In this document: positions 39,801 through 52,610 of the stretch, in pieces | How positions within the stretch are numbered: the stretch's first letter is position 1 | Layout: each line of letters starts with the position of its first letter | NCBI GenBank assembly: GCA_002269645.1 | Contig: NIVC01001237.1 | Location: 248,001 to 312,000 of the forward strand | DNA: 64,000 nt | From: Macrostomum lignano | Taxonomy: Eukaryota | Reading direction: 5' to 3' | Position numbers and translations under genes: made by a program | The notes under the pieces: model-generated | What the model saw: the letters and a program-made list of their open reading frames with translations, nothing else | Told to the model about the DNA's origin: nothing | Database searches by the model: none

Positions 39801-41125
39801 TATCAAATATTTGCATGTGGTTAGTGCCTTTAGAGAAAAAAGACTTGTCCCAATTTCTTGACTTTTTAGGGTCAGGCCCAGGCCCTGGTAAGGCCCTGAT
39901 TTTGGTCAGGATTCCCGACTTTTTGGGCCTGGGACTGGGTCGCCCCCTAGCATAAAGGCCATCTTCTAGACTATGGCTTCTATTTCGTATCACAAGTATA
40001 ATACAAACCTTTTTAAATAATTCATGCTTGCAACATCTTGCTAGTTAGCATAATTCTAATTTACCTAATATCTAGAAAGTTTTGTCAACTTAAGGCATCT
40101 GATATTGGTAAAATTTTCTAATTAAATAAATAAATTTTTCCACTTTTTTGCAAATTTCTATAACAAAACATTTCTATGCTTAAACTTTACAAACTTTATA
40201 GTTTAATTATTATAATACAAGCTTTGAAACCCGCGAATTTGAACCCGGGGAATTCCAATCCCCGGAACTATTTTTGCATGTATTCTGAAATCTGAGCCCA
40301 TACTTAAACAAAAACTTTTTAATAGTTAGGAATTTAGGATAGAGTTAAACATAAAATAGAGTACATTCATGTACAATTAGTATTTGAAGCAAACATTAAT
40401 ATTGTTGGTTGGGGTGCTGCACAGAATGTCAGGCAAACTCATGGCCTCTGCCTCTCCTTATGTCCCTTGGAAGTTGGATCCTTAGAAACTTCTATCTCTA
40501 CCTTCTCTTCTGTTTTCTTTCTTCTCTCTGGTCTATGGTCTCTTCTCTCTCTCCTCTATCCCCTCTTCTCTCGTCTATTCCCTCTTATTATTTTCTCTCC
40601 TCTCCTCTCCTCTCTCGTCTCTGCTCTCTTATCTCTCCCTTTCTCCTGTTTTATCTCTTCCCATTTCTCTCTGCTCTCTATTCTATCTTCTCTCTGCTCT
40701 CTACTCTATTTTCTCTCTGCTCTCTACTCTATCTTCTCTCTGCTCTCTACTCTATCTTCTCTCTGCTCTCTACTATCTTCTCTCTGCTCTCTATTCTCTC
40801 TTCCCTCTCCCCTCTTCTCACTCCTTACTCTACCCTCTCCGAACACTTCTCCTCTCCTCCCTCCTCTGTACTCTCTTGTCTCTCTCCTCTCCTCTCTTCT
40901 CTTTCCTCTCTTCTATCGTCTCTTCCTTCACCTCTCCTCTCTCGTCTTTGCTCTCTTATCTATCTCTCCTTTTCTTCTTTTATCTTTTCTCTCTTATCTC
41001 TTCTCATTTCTCTCTGCATGCTCTCTACCTCTATCTCTCCCTCTCTCTCCTCTCCCCTCTCTCATCCTTTCCCCTCTTTCCCCTGTCCTCTCGATTCTCT
41101 CCCCTCCCCTCCTCTTTCCTCACTC

Positions 41126-41162
<37 letters not shown>

Positions 41163-42986
41163 TCTCACCTTTCATCTCTCATCTCTTATTTCTTATCTAT
41201 CCTCTTTTCTCTCTACTCTCCCATCTCTCGTGTGTTCACTCTCATCTTTGCTCTCTCAGTCTTATCTTCCCTCTCTCATCTGTCATCTTTACTCTCATAT
41301 ACTCGTATGTTCTCACCTCTCTCCTCTGTACTCTTCTCTTTCCCCTCATCTGACTCCTCTCTCCTCTCTCCTCTCAGATATCGTGTTCACTCTCATTCCC
41401 TCTCTTTTCTGTCATCTGTACTCTCCAATCTTTAGTGTACTCTTCTCTTTACCCTCTTCTGATTACTCTCTTTCCTTACTCCTCTTCTCTTCTCTCTTCT
41501 ATACTCTCTCCCCTCTATTCTCTTCTCTCGCCTTTCTGCACTCTGCTCTCTCCTCCTTCATATCTCATCTCTACTCTCTTCTCTACTCTCCTCTGTCATC
41601 GATCCTGTCTCATCTCTCCCATCTTCTCTCTCCCTCTTCTCACTTCTACTCTTTCCTCTCTCTTCTCTCTCCCCTCCTCTCGCTTCTTACTCCAATATTA
41701 TCTGCTCACTCCTTATCCTTACCCCATCATGTCTCTTCTTGTCTTCTATCTTTTCTCTTATCCTCCTCTCGCTTCTTCTCTCTTCTTATAGTCTATTCCT
41801 TCTCCTTTTCACTCTCATCTCATCAGCCATGAGCTTGATTCTTTATCTGGCATTTGAGGTTAAAGTCTGCCAATCCCCGCTTCGAAAGCGTTTGTGGGAC
41901 GTAGTACTCTCATGGTTGTTATGCTTTAATCACATCGTATTTCTGGCCAATTAGCAGCCCTGAGAGGAATTTGTGTATCTCCCTCTAGCCCAGCTCCACT
42001 ACCACAGTCTGCAGCAGTCTAGCAACCAAGGAAATACGTATTTCTTAGGAGCCATTTAAATTTTAAAGTACCTTATGCGAATCTTAATGTTAAAATTTTC
42101 ATGGTGTAACTAATTTAGTAGGATTGCATTGTAATCACTACTAATCAGTTATTCATTAATTTCTCGCTATTTTTACAAACCATCCCACATCGCCTTGATT
42201 TGCCATCCACTGTTAAACGGCTGCAGACTTGTCTATACAAGGACACTGGTTTGAATCTCTCGCTAAACTGTCATGGCTAAACGTAGCCTCTCCACGCGCA
42301 GGGTGCCGAGAAGGCTATTAAAAAGTTATTCCAAAACACTGTATATTTGCTAAGTACATTGAGCCCTATTGCCTGACCCTTTGTCTGGGCTGGGGGAATG
42401 AGTGAGTGAGCGGCACAAACAACAGAAAAAGCAGACAAACTTCACATGCTTACAGTTTCTGTCCTGATTGAGATACAGAGTTGAGACTTTACATGTAGGC
42501 AGAGAATAAGTCAATAAAGAATTGTGTCAAATTGAAGTCAATCGCTTCACGTGGAGCAAAACTATGGCAGCCCAAAGTTAGGCATTTTAAAACCTATTCA
42601 CACCCTTTGCCCAGATCGGGAAAGAGAGGCAGGCGGGCGGAGGTTGGGGTGGCTGCCTCGCTGAAAAAAACAGCCAAACTTTAAAAGTGCACAGCGCCGT
42701 TCAGGATTAACTTTCAGATTTGAAATTTTACACGATTGTGTCAAAATAGTTGAAGATTGATTGCGTCAAATTTGAAGAAGATTGGTAGAAGTGGAGCGGT
42801 GCTATGGAGGATTTAGTAAAAAAATCTCGCATTTTGAGCAGTTTTTTGCACTTTTAGGTGGGAAGACTCAAATTTAGGAAATTTAAAAGTAGCCTAAGAC
42901 ACTCTCTGTAGTAAGTTTAGGGTGGGTGTAAAGTTTGGTGTCATTTGGTTGAGCGGTTTGGGAGTCCATAGCGATCAAAATTGTCT

Positions 42987-43019
<33 letters not shown>

Positions 43020-44848
43020 GTTTTGATTTTTATATGTAGAGATTAGTCATATTATTATCAACGGGTACTTATAGGCATAGCAGCCATGTCTATAATATTT
43101 GAGCTTATAGGCATGGCTATAATCATTGATATAAAAAGCATGTTTTATAGGGCACTCTCACAATCAAATGGTGGCTTAATAGATAAGACAATTGCCTTGA
43201 GATTGCATGTAGCAAGGTTAGAATCCCAAGTGGTTGGAGTTTTTTTATTTGATTTTTTTAGCAAATAGAAATTTTTGTCTTGAACTTTTTAAGTTTTTGA
43301 ATTAAAATAAAATAATTAATTAATTTAATTAAATAATTTTTATAATAAATGTAACATTGAATCTTAAAATGCAACTAAAATGTATCAAAAAAATTCTTTT
43401 TCAGTACAAGCTATATATATAATTGCAGCTGCACTTTAAAATGATTTCCTGTTACTCTTAAAAATTAAAATTTAATTTAATTTTAGAAAATGTCAAATTA
43501 AAAAAACAGACTTTTCAATCAATCAATGTTTTCATCCAATCAATGATTATATACATGGCATAGCAGCCATGCCTATAAGCTCCAATATTAGAGACACACT
43601 TTTAAGTATGAACCCATTCAATATTAACAACATGGCCACCCATTGTGTCTCTAAGTGTGAACCCATTCAATATTAACTATATAGCTGCTGTGCAAGTTTC
43701 ATTGACATGGCGGCCATGTCTATAAGTTTCTGCATTATACAGTCCCCATGTCTTTAAGTGTAGCATATTATTAAAGGCATTTATATATTATAATATAATA
43801 TTGTTATTATAATCCTTGAGAAATTTCGAGAACACTGTTACTTTTTCTATATACCAGGCAAACCCAGCTAATAAGCAACCTTCATCTGACTTTTTAATAA
43901 TAAAAAAGTGAATACAAAAAACACCACTTCCTGTCTCACTCATTTAATGAAGCTGCTACATGTTAACTTCTAATTTTTTAATTGCACAAGCCTTTTACAA
44001 AAAGTCCATATAACTTCATAAGTTTTTTGACAATCTATACACAACTATAGGCCTATGGGGCATAGTTCTAGTTTACTTCGTTATATTATTCTGCCTTTTG
44101 TTAAATTATTTTACCCTGTTTTTCTATCAATTTCAGGTTCAAGGTTAAGTCAAGTCCTAAACAGGATAATAAACAGAGGCCCAGTACAGCACGGCGCCAA
44201 AGGGGTTGTTTGTTATGGTACATGCGGCGCCAGATGGATGTACTCCTCAAGATGGGCCTCAAAAAGCGTGTCGCTCATTCCATGCATGGCGTATAGGCGC
44301 CTCTTGGCCAGGGCCCACATCCCCTCGATGTGGTTTGTGTGCACTGTTAGGTCAGCCGGATCCATGAAATATAGACAGTGGTTTACCACTGCGTGATTCT
44401 GTAGCCCAGCATAGGCCAGCCAGCCATTGGTGATGATACAGGTCCTGGGTAGCATGTGGCATTGCAAGAAAATACATGAAATTAATATAACGAAGTAAAG
44501 TAGAATTATGAAATAATATAACGAAGTAAACTAGAACTATGCTGCCTATGGCATTATGTGGATGTTTATAGAATATAATAATAGCTTGATAACCATGAAT
44601 TGCAGAATAGGTTATGTAACGAATCAGAACATTCAGAAGATTAAAAAGAAGCATTATATGTTGATTTCCTAGCTTGATTGATTGATTGATTGAATGCTTG
44701 ATTTGATTACTTAGATATTGATAAAAATCTAAGGCCTAAAAATTGTGCTACGAGCTACAAGCTAATTTTGCCTATAAGCCAGTTAGGGTTTGCTTACCTT
44801 ATCCAAAAGATTGGATATCTGATATGCACTGTTAGAAGTAGAAGACAT
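24900..44848 (-). CDS. CAND1: Cullin-associated NEDD8-dissociated protein 1 (14 exons, about 1321 aa)
   Basis: Exons 44848..44798 ([17 protein letters not shown]), 36196..36005 ([17 protein letters not shown]...[14 protein letters not shown]), 35889..35746, 35015..34698, 33109..32602 ([11 protein letters not shown]), 32012..31664 (EREENVK), 30955..30626 ([18 protein letters not shown]), 30092..29927 ([14 protein letters not shown]), 29213..29114 (LRKNQRSL), 29013..28685, 28094..27883, 26891..26466 ([15 protein letters not shown]), 25910..25589 ([16 protein letters not shown]), 25418..24900. All GT-AG with consistent phases and no stops. Confidence 0.95.
25455..25560. repeat. 28-bp intronic repeat, ~4 copies
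   Basis: Unit aggatctgggaggctggcccagcaactg in the last CAND1 intron. Confidence 0.85.
26015..26340. repeat. 36-37-bp intronic minisatellite, ~9 copies
   Basis: Unit gggcactgaggccatgacccatcatctctagagtaca. Confidence 0.92.
26915..27835. repeat. 32-bp intronic minisatellite, ~28 copies
   Basis: Unit cagtctctaggctaatccgatcccacacccca. Confidence 0.95.
28255..28655. repeat. 31-bp intronic minisatellite, ~13 copies
   Basis: Unit caaataccggacagtctaatctacagacaat. Confidence 0.93.
29261..29715. repeat. 20-bp perfect intronic minisatellite, ~22 copies
   Basis: Unit aaggcacctgggcgccatga. Confidence 0.96.
29800..29879 (+). tRNA. trnL-AAG: tRNA-Leu(AAG), intronic and antisense to CAND1
   Basis: GGTAGCGTGGCCGAGCGGTCTAAGGCG-CTGGT-TTAAGGC-ACCAG-long variable arm-GTGGGTTCGAATCCCAC-CGCTGCCA: full cloverleaf with A and B boxes, TATA-like element at about 29765, and T8 terminator at about 29885. 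Confidence 0.96.
32100..32480. repeat. 21-bp intronic minisatellite with a slightly shorter variant
   Basis: Unit ccctatgccgagatgtacaca. Confidence 0.94.
33205..34560. repeat. About 31-bp intronic minisatellite, ~40 copies, with sub-arrays
   Basis: Unit gggatctcaaacttgaggatatgggatgata; the variant ggaatcttgaacttggggat dominates distally. Confidence 0.94.
35060..35720. repeat. 38-41-bp intronic minisatellite, ~16 copies
   Basis: Unit ccaattattgagtctgagcactagattggataccgtgg. Confidence 0.94.
36819..38713. mobile_element. 1.9-kb foldback-type element: about 0.85-0.95-kb inverted arms, ~85-bp loop, TTAA on both flanks, 151-bp internal subunits
   Basis: ttaa|cagtag ... ctactg|ttaa; the arms are reverse complements converging at about 37662-37745; subunit period 151 bp (37235/37386; 38016/38167/38318). 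Confidence 0.85.
40480..41830. repeat. Polypyrimidine low-complexity tract (about 1.35 kb)
   Basis: Almost exclusively C/T on + including (ct)n; produces spurious Leu/Ser ORFs. Confidence 0.9.
42040..43045 (+). mobile_element. Helitron/Helentron-derived non-autonomous element (HINE/DINE-1-like); 5' boundary uncertain
   Basis: 3' module aagtttggtgtcatttggttgagcggtttgg followed by (gaca)n and ttttatatgtagagat, typical of these elements. Confidence 0.5.
44059..44543 (-). mobile_element. Internally deleted Merlin (IS1016/ISXO2-like) DNA transposon
   Basis: About 32-bp TIRs starting GGCATAGTTCTAGTTTACTTCG; 8-bp TSD gcctatgg (44051-58 and 44544-51). Internal ORF 44213..44467 reads TNGWLAY...VNH..F.D...[16 protein letters not shown]...G...HLEEY, the ISXO2 DDE C-terminal half. 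Confidence 0.88.
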
Positions 44849-46799
44849 GATTTACAATTACAAACACAATTATCAATGATAGTAAACAAACTATATGAAT
44901 CTTTTTTCTTATGTATGGCAGAAGTTTGCGATTTAAAATTGCACAGAACACTGAACCCGTCTAATTGGAAAAAATCAGAGCAAAAGAATGAATGGATCCT
45001 CTATTTCTTAATTTTGCAACAACCAAAAACTCTACGGATCTGCGTGAACAGTAAAGTAGATGGTAATAATTCTAATATAAGCCAACAAGCTGGTTAATGA
45101 TGGCGCGAAAATTCCCCTAAGTAAATTGTTGTTGTACAGTTAAAATTTGTTTAAAGATTCATTGCGGTAAAACAAATTTTCGTCTAAGCTACTAGTCAAA
45201 ACACTTCACTTTCTCTATTTCTTTGTATAACAAAATCAAACAGTTATGTTTTTGCTTTTAAAGTATTCGAGATTTTTCACCTTAATTTCTGTAAATAACG
45301 GGAAAGTACAGAACTGTTTGTCTCATCGAAATACCGTTTCGCTTGTACTTGTACCTTTACTTGGAGCTTTAGGTCGTTTTCTGACTAATCCGATAAATTT
45401 AGACTTTGGAAGAAATTAGAATATGAATAGTCCACTTGATATTGGCTAAAAATTTAGTTGGTATTTGCATGTAATAATTGTAATGGGGCGTAGCAAGAAC
45501 CTAAAGACGATTTTATTATCATGTTTGCTCAAATTAGTCTAACATATGAAGAATTTCAGTAGAAGCTTGGCTATATAAACACTGAATATTGGCACGAACG
45601 CCAATCACGTTTCCAAATTGTCCTATCTATTTGCAATATCATGAAAATTACACGAATATTAAAGATATACTTGTATAGTGGATCAATGTTTCAGTAGCCG
45701 AAACATTTATACGAAAAATTAGCTAACAAATTATTTACAGTATAGCTACGCGGTTATACTAATAAAATTAAATTACAAAATTTTGATTTATAAATTTAGG
45801 CTCGATACACAAAACACCAGCAAACAAATTAACAGATAGCGACAAGTAGGGTCTAATAATCAAACAAGTAAATTTAAACAGATAAATGAACCTATTACCC
45901 GTATGGCCATATAAAATTGAATTCCGCATATGATAAGCTGTGGAATGGGGGGTAATTTTTACTTGTATAGTCAGGCATATAATAAATAAACAGTAGTAAT
46001 AACAGGTAAAAAGTCATACGAATCAACGAAGTATCGTACACAAAGAATCAGAGTCCCCTGTGATCACTTAACTCGGGCGAGTTCGGCTGCGCATAGTCTG
46101 GAGTTAAGAAGGGACGCATGACAAACAAAAGACGTACGGTCCTGGTAAAGTGACGAAAATTCCTACAAAATACATAAGCATACAACACACAGTTAACAAA
46201 AATCTTATAACTGGGGTAGTTTTAGCTAGAAAAATGCGTTCTTTAATTCGCTAAGCTTATACTAATAATTAACTGTAGGGACCTTAACAGGCAGAGATAC
46301 ACAGACCGAGAACTACACAAAATGCAAGACAGTCTAATACAATGATTACTATTAAATTTAGGTATTAAATCAGATGCAGGCTGCTTGAAAAAATGTCAAG
46401 TGTGTTGTAGAAAATTCCGAACAAATAATGCCAAGACAAGACGAGACAAGAATGTTTGAAAAAAGACAATTTAAATGAGGAGGATATGTAAACATAGCAG
46501 GCCTATTTTAACATATATTGGGTGCGTATAAATCAACTAATTAATGTTATAAACCGCTATACAACTAAACAGACTCAAACGTACAAAGATGTTTAAAGTG
46601 ACGCGCCGGTACTACTAGTAGTAGTACTATTAGTAGTAGTAGCTGATGTGACAGACTGTGCCGTCGCAAACGGTCCAACAGGAGCTGCGGAACACTCTAC
46701 AGTAGGCGCCGTGCTCCAACATCCGATAGGCTCCAATGCTGGGCCCCAATAGTCTTCGCTGCTAATAATACTACTCGCAGTAGTAGCAGCATTAGCTTT

Positions 46800-49700
46800 T
46801 TAAGCATCGGCGCAAACAGTTTCAAATAGGCTAGCAAAATCGATACGAGGCCTGTGCTCGCCCATAGCCAACCAATTGGCATCGCCGGCAGTAGCAGAGG
46901 CGGCAAAGCGAGCCCGCTTATTGGCCTGGTTGGCCTCCAGCGCTAACAGTTCGCTAGCCAGACTGTCGCAGTGCCGGCGCAGCGCATTGGCTTGGCGCGA
47001 TAATATGCGCAACTTTTTGTTCTCTTCATCATCATCAGCTGCTGATGCTGCTGTTGATTGCTTCTGGTTCTGCTGTTGGTGAAAGAAATGCCAATAAAAA
47101 CAAACTAATTAATTGGCGTAAAAAATATCCGCGGAAATTCAAAACTCTAAAAACGGAACTAGAAAATTCCAACCTCTTAGCCAAGCCCCTGAGCCCCTAA
47201 AAACCGAACTCGCGAAAACCTCAATGAAAATAGCCAAAACTTAAATCCCGAAATTACAAGTGTACACTCGTCCAAATCCCAAAAAACGAACCTTTTCTAA
47301 CAAAAAACAAGACCGTACAAATCCAAGCCCCTAAACCGTACCAATTTAACCCCCCCCCCAACCAAAACCGTACCAATTTAAACGCTCCCAAAAACCCTAC
47401 CAATTCACCCAATCCCCACGAAAACCCTACCAACTCACCCAATCCCCACGAAAACCCTACCAACTCACCCAATCCCCACGAAAACCCTACCAACTCAACC
47501 AATCCCCACGAAAACCCTACCAACTCACCCAATCCCCACGAAAACCCTACCAACTCACCCAATCCCCACGAAAACCCTACCAACTCACCCAATCCCCACG
47601 AAAACCCTACCAACTCACCCAATCCCCACGAAAACCCTACCAACTCACCCAATCCCCACGAAAACCCTACCAATTCACCCAATCCCCACGAAAACCCTAC
47701 CAACTCACCCAATCCCCACGAAAACCCTACCAATTCACCCAATCCCCACGAAAACCCTACCAATTCACCCAATCCCCACGAAAACCCTACCAATTCACCC
47801 AATCCCCACGAAAACCCTACCAACTCACCCAATCCCCACGAAAACCCTACCAACTCACCCAATCCCCACGAAAACCCTACCAACTCACCCAATCCCCACG
47901 AAAACCCTACCAATTCACCCAATCCCCACGAAAACCCTACCAACTCACCCAATCCCCACGAAAACCCTACCAACTCACCCAATCCCCACGAAAACCCTAC
48001 CAATTCACCCAATCCCCACGAAAACCCTACCAATTCACCCAATCCCCACGAAAACCCTACCAATTCACCCAATCCCCACGAAAACCCTACCAATTCACCC
48101 AATCCCCACGAAAACCCTACCAATTCACCCAATCCCCACGAAAACCCTACCAATTCACCCAATCCCCACGAAAACCCTACCAACTCACCCAATCCCCACG
48201 AAAACCCTACCAACTCACCCAATCCCCACGAAAACCCTACCAATTCACCCAATCCCCACGAAAACCCTACCAACTCACCCAATCCCCACGAAAACCCTAC
48301 CAATTCACCCAATCCCCACGAAAACCCTACCAATTCACCCAATCCCACGAAAACCCTACCAATTCACCCAATCCCCACGAAAACCCTACCAATTCACCCA
48401 ATCCCCACGAAAACCCTACCAATTCACCCAATCCCCACGAAAACCCTACCAATTCACCCAATCCCCACGAAAACCCTACCAACTCACCCAATCCCCACGA
48501 AAACCCTACCAATTCACCCAATCCCCACGAAAACCCTACCAATTCACCCAATCCCCACGAAAACCCTACCAATTCACCCAATCCCACGAAAACCCTACCA
48601 ACTCACCCAATCCCCACGAAAACCCTACCAATTCACCCAATCCCCACGAAAACCCTACCAATTCACCCAATCCCCACGTAAATTGTACCAACTCATCACT
48701 CAAGACAGCTCCAGCACAAAGCCGCAGAAATAAAGCTTAAAAAATGTTCAGTCAGAATTACCTCTAGAACCGATCGCTCGCAGTCCGTCAGCACGCACAT
48801 CATTAATCGTTGATTGCGCTGATAACGAGCTGCGGCCACGTGTTTAGCGGTGGGCACGCTCATGTCATCGAGAGGGCCGGCAGCTGAGCCGGGGAGATGA
48901 TGCTGCTGATAATAGGGATCGGGGATGTCGTCTAGATCCTCCTGGATGTAGGCCTCCTTACTGGCGCTGTGGTGGTGATGATGCCGGCTGTGATGCTGCT
49001 GCTGATGATGCGGCTGCCTGCAAGGGGTGTAGATGGCATTTCGAGTCTCCAATTCACATTGCAGATTGGGATTTTAATGTATAATTGGGTGGAGAATTAT
49101 TGGGATTCTACTGGTTGGGGAATTATTGGGATTCTGCTTGATGAGGAATTATTGGGATTGTGCTGGATGGGAAGTTTTTGGGATTCTGCTGGATGGGGTT
49201 GGGGAATTATTGTGATACTGCTGGATGGGGAATTATTGGGATTCTGCTTGATGAGGAATTATTGGGATTGTGCTGGATGGGAAGTTTTTGGGATTCTGCT
49301 GGATGGGGTTGGGTAATTATTTGGATTCTGCTGGATGGGGTCGGGGAATTATTGGGATTCTGCTGGTTAGAAAATCATTAGGATATGGGGAATTACATTA
49401 TATTTTGATGGCTCAGAATCCAATTACAGGTTTATTACTAGCAGTTAAGGTGAATAAACTAGAGATAGACCACTCACCTGCCCTGATGAGGCTGCAAATG
49501 CGGCGGAAGCTGGGCCTGGTGATGAAGCTGCTGAACAGGCAGTGGATGCTGCCGCAGAATAGAATCTGGACCAGTTGAGTCACCATTCACAATGGCATCG
49601 CTAGTCATAGGCGACTGGCGACTATTTTCCTGTTCTAATCGTTCTTTCAAAGCTAGCCAAGCCTTGTACTGAGTAGAATTGTGATATTGCTTCAGCGCGT

Positions 49701-49983
49701 CGGCGTATTGCAATTTATCAGCTTCGTAGTCTTCGGTAAACTGTTGCTTTTCCGAGTCGCCCAGTTCGCGCCACATTTTGCCAATAATTCGGCCAACTTC
49801 CCACAGCTTCAAATTGGGATTGTCAACTTTGACAGATTCCCAAACTTTGCGGCTATAGCGCAGGTAGGGTACTAGTGGCTTCTCTGGCGGTTTCGGCGGC
49901 TTTGGCAGCTTTGATAGTTCGGCAGATTTGCCGCCGCCTGATCCATGCTGCTTCTGGGCGCCGCAATTGCTGCTGCTAGTCAT
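46800..49983 (-). CDS. SMARCE1: SWI/SNF subunit SMARCE1/BAF57 (exons 49983..49478, 49017..48762, 47072..46800); an extra 5' exon is possible
   Basis: [26 protein letters not shown]...[19 protein letters not shown] box followed by YHNS; [14 protein letters not shown] (NHRLI-like motif); coiled coil [27 protein letters not shown] introns with compatible phases. Confidence 0.9.
47390..48680. repeat. 30-bp intronic minisatellite, ~43 copies
   Basis: Unit aaaaccctacca(a/c)ttcacccaatccccacg-like in SMARCE1 intron 2. Confidence 0.96.
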
Positions 49984-51948
49984 TGCTGCTTTTAGAAGGA
50001 CTGATGACAGTGCCGCAGAAATTTGTGAAAAATTTTATCAAATAATGTCACAATAGGTCAGGATAACTAAGTAAGAAAATATTTTTAAATAGAAATGATG
50101 CCCCGTGAAATTATGGATCATATTTGAATTCGAAAGAGTGCCAGTAGGTCTATTTGAAGTAAGAGGAACCCTTGCTATACAGTATACTAAAGGAAAGGTA
50201 CTTGAAAGAATACAGACATAATACCAATTAGATGACAAGGCATTTAGCCTTAATAAGACAGTTATAGTTACTCCTGCTGTTTACCCATAATTGGATTAGT
50301 TTTGCTTTATGGTTTCTTTCACAGGTAAGTTGCATTTTTTGGTCAAAAAGTAAGTTGCATGGCCAGTGTAAATCAGAGAGGTTGCGCATGTATGACTGAG
50401 ATGGGGTTGGGATGATGGGGGCTAAATTTAAGATAACTATTTTCACTTTCAATGTGAAGGATGCTCTTAGGTCCCTAGAATTGGAGATTCAATCAATGAA
50501 GACAAAAATTTTAGACACTATATGCACATTGGGGAAAAATAAAAGGGGGGGGGCTAAAGTTAAAATATATGTTTTCACTTTTAATATAAAAGTAGCTTAT
50601 AAATCCCTAGGGTCAGGGACTCCAACAACATTTTGACAATATATGCATATTATATTTGTGATGATGGGGGCTTAAGTTAAGGGGCTTAAAATAGATGAAA
50701 CCTAGGGAAGCCACCTAGAATTTGCCACTATCAAAGGCTAGATGCAAAGGAAGCTTCTTTGAAACCAACTAATAAGTAGGCCATTGCCCTTACAGAAGAT
50801 CTTGCAATCCCTTGCATGGTAAGAATTAGAGATTTTGTTGCTTTAGTTATTTAAATAATACAAAAAAAGACAATCAAGAAAAAGGAAAAAAATCCCTTAT
50901 ATACAGGAAAAATTCAATAATGGTAGAACTTTAGAAATCAATGAAAAGAATTGTCATAAATTCAAGAAATAGTAATTATATCTCTAACCTATAGGCTTTA
51001 ACCTCTAAGGTCTAGTAAGGATATTATATTAACATATTAAGCTAGACTAGACTAACTAGGCCTAATAAATTATACGCAATAGTGGCTACTGCTAGTTAAT
51101 AATATTTAGGCCAATAATTCAATACAATGTAGCTAGGCTACCTACTAGGCCTATTCTAGGTTCAAAATTTTACTAGGCCTATGCTATATATGGAAGTGCT
51201 TATCGCCATTGTCCTCTGCCAATAATTCTATTTTTATCCACATGGATCCGTGTCAATAATTTTTAGCTTATCCCTATGGCAGCTTATTAAAATAGCTGCC
51301 ACCATTTAAGTCTATAGGCCATGTCAATAATTCTAATTTTATTTAGATGGATCTATGTCAACGATTTTTAGCTTATCCTCATGGTAGCATATTTGAATAG
51401 AGAACCTTAAAATGAATCTATTCAAAAACTCTAATTGTTTTCATTGTTTTACAAATAAAAATCTTCCAAATAAGCTATTGAATACTAAATAGTATCAAGT
51501 ACTTTAATTTTAATTTTAATTTTAAAAGGGTTAATTTTAAATATTTGCTTAGCTACCAGATTTGCTTAGAATGACCAAACAGACCCTAAGATTGAGGCAA
51601 ATAAAGACTTGCAAAATTCAAAATGTAATATAGGCCTAGGCCTAATGATAATAATACTAAGGGCCTAATAATGATAATATCAATTTAAAGCAGTAGGCCT
51701 ATACAAAACTTAATACAAACAACCACACAATCTTAACCATGGGGATAAGCTAGAAATTATTTCAAGACACTAGACAGATCTATGACTATGTGAATAAAAT
51801 TGGAATTATTGACACAGCCTATAGACTTGAATGGTGACAGCTATTTCAATAAGCTGCCATGGTGATAAGCTGGAAATTATCAACATGGATCCATATAGAT
51901 AAAATTAGAATTATTGGCATAGGACTATGGGGATAAGCATTTCCATGC

Positions 51949-52610
51949 CCATAGTCAGGAAGGTGGCAGTTTGGTCGGAAAATTCCGGCGCACACAAGCC
52001 CTTTTTGGGCACACAACGGCGCACAGCGGCGCACAGCGGCGCGCCACAACAGCGCACAGTGGCGCACTGGCGCACAGCGGCGCACAACGGCACACACCAG
52101 AGGACACCGGCACATGGCGGCGCGGCGCGGCGGGCGCCGCGCCACATGCAGCGTTACCCTTGTGGCGATCCCATGTAACGATGTAAGTCGTTACTTGTTA
52201 CAGTACACTATTCACTGTTCTATCTAATGTAACACTGCATTCTACCAAAAAATAAAAAATAAAAAAAAATATTTTCCTTTTCCTTTTTACCTTTGTTTCT
52301 GCCATTTGCTTACTTTTTATGTTTGTTTTGTTTTAAAAATTAGAAATTAAATTAAAAATTTTTTAAATTTCTATTTTCGGTTTAACGATCTCAATTTCTC
52401 ATAGATAGCCCGTAACCGTCCCGTAATTGAAAATATTGGCGCACAAAAATTGTTGCTATGTTGTAAAAAAAGGTCTTTTATTGTCGCAAGGCAGGTAGTG
52501 GCGGGCGCACAACGGCGCACACGAGGGTTTTTATGTCGGCGCACGGCGCACAATTTTGGGAGAGGCCAAAATTTGTTCCGGCGCACACTCTGCCACCTTC
52601 CTGACTATGG
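51949..52610. mobile_element. 662-bp MITE with 21-bp perfect TIR and 8-bp TSD (hAT/P-type)
   Basis: TIR ccatagtcaggaaggtggcag / ctgccaccttcctgactatgg; TSD ttccatgc (51941-48 and 52611-18); many ggcgcaca subterminal repeats. Confidence 0.9.

Noticed and set aside
39530-39960. GC-rich inverted motifs (gggacaag/cttgtccc) as a MITE
   Set aside because: The arms are too degenerate to define termini or a TSD.
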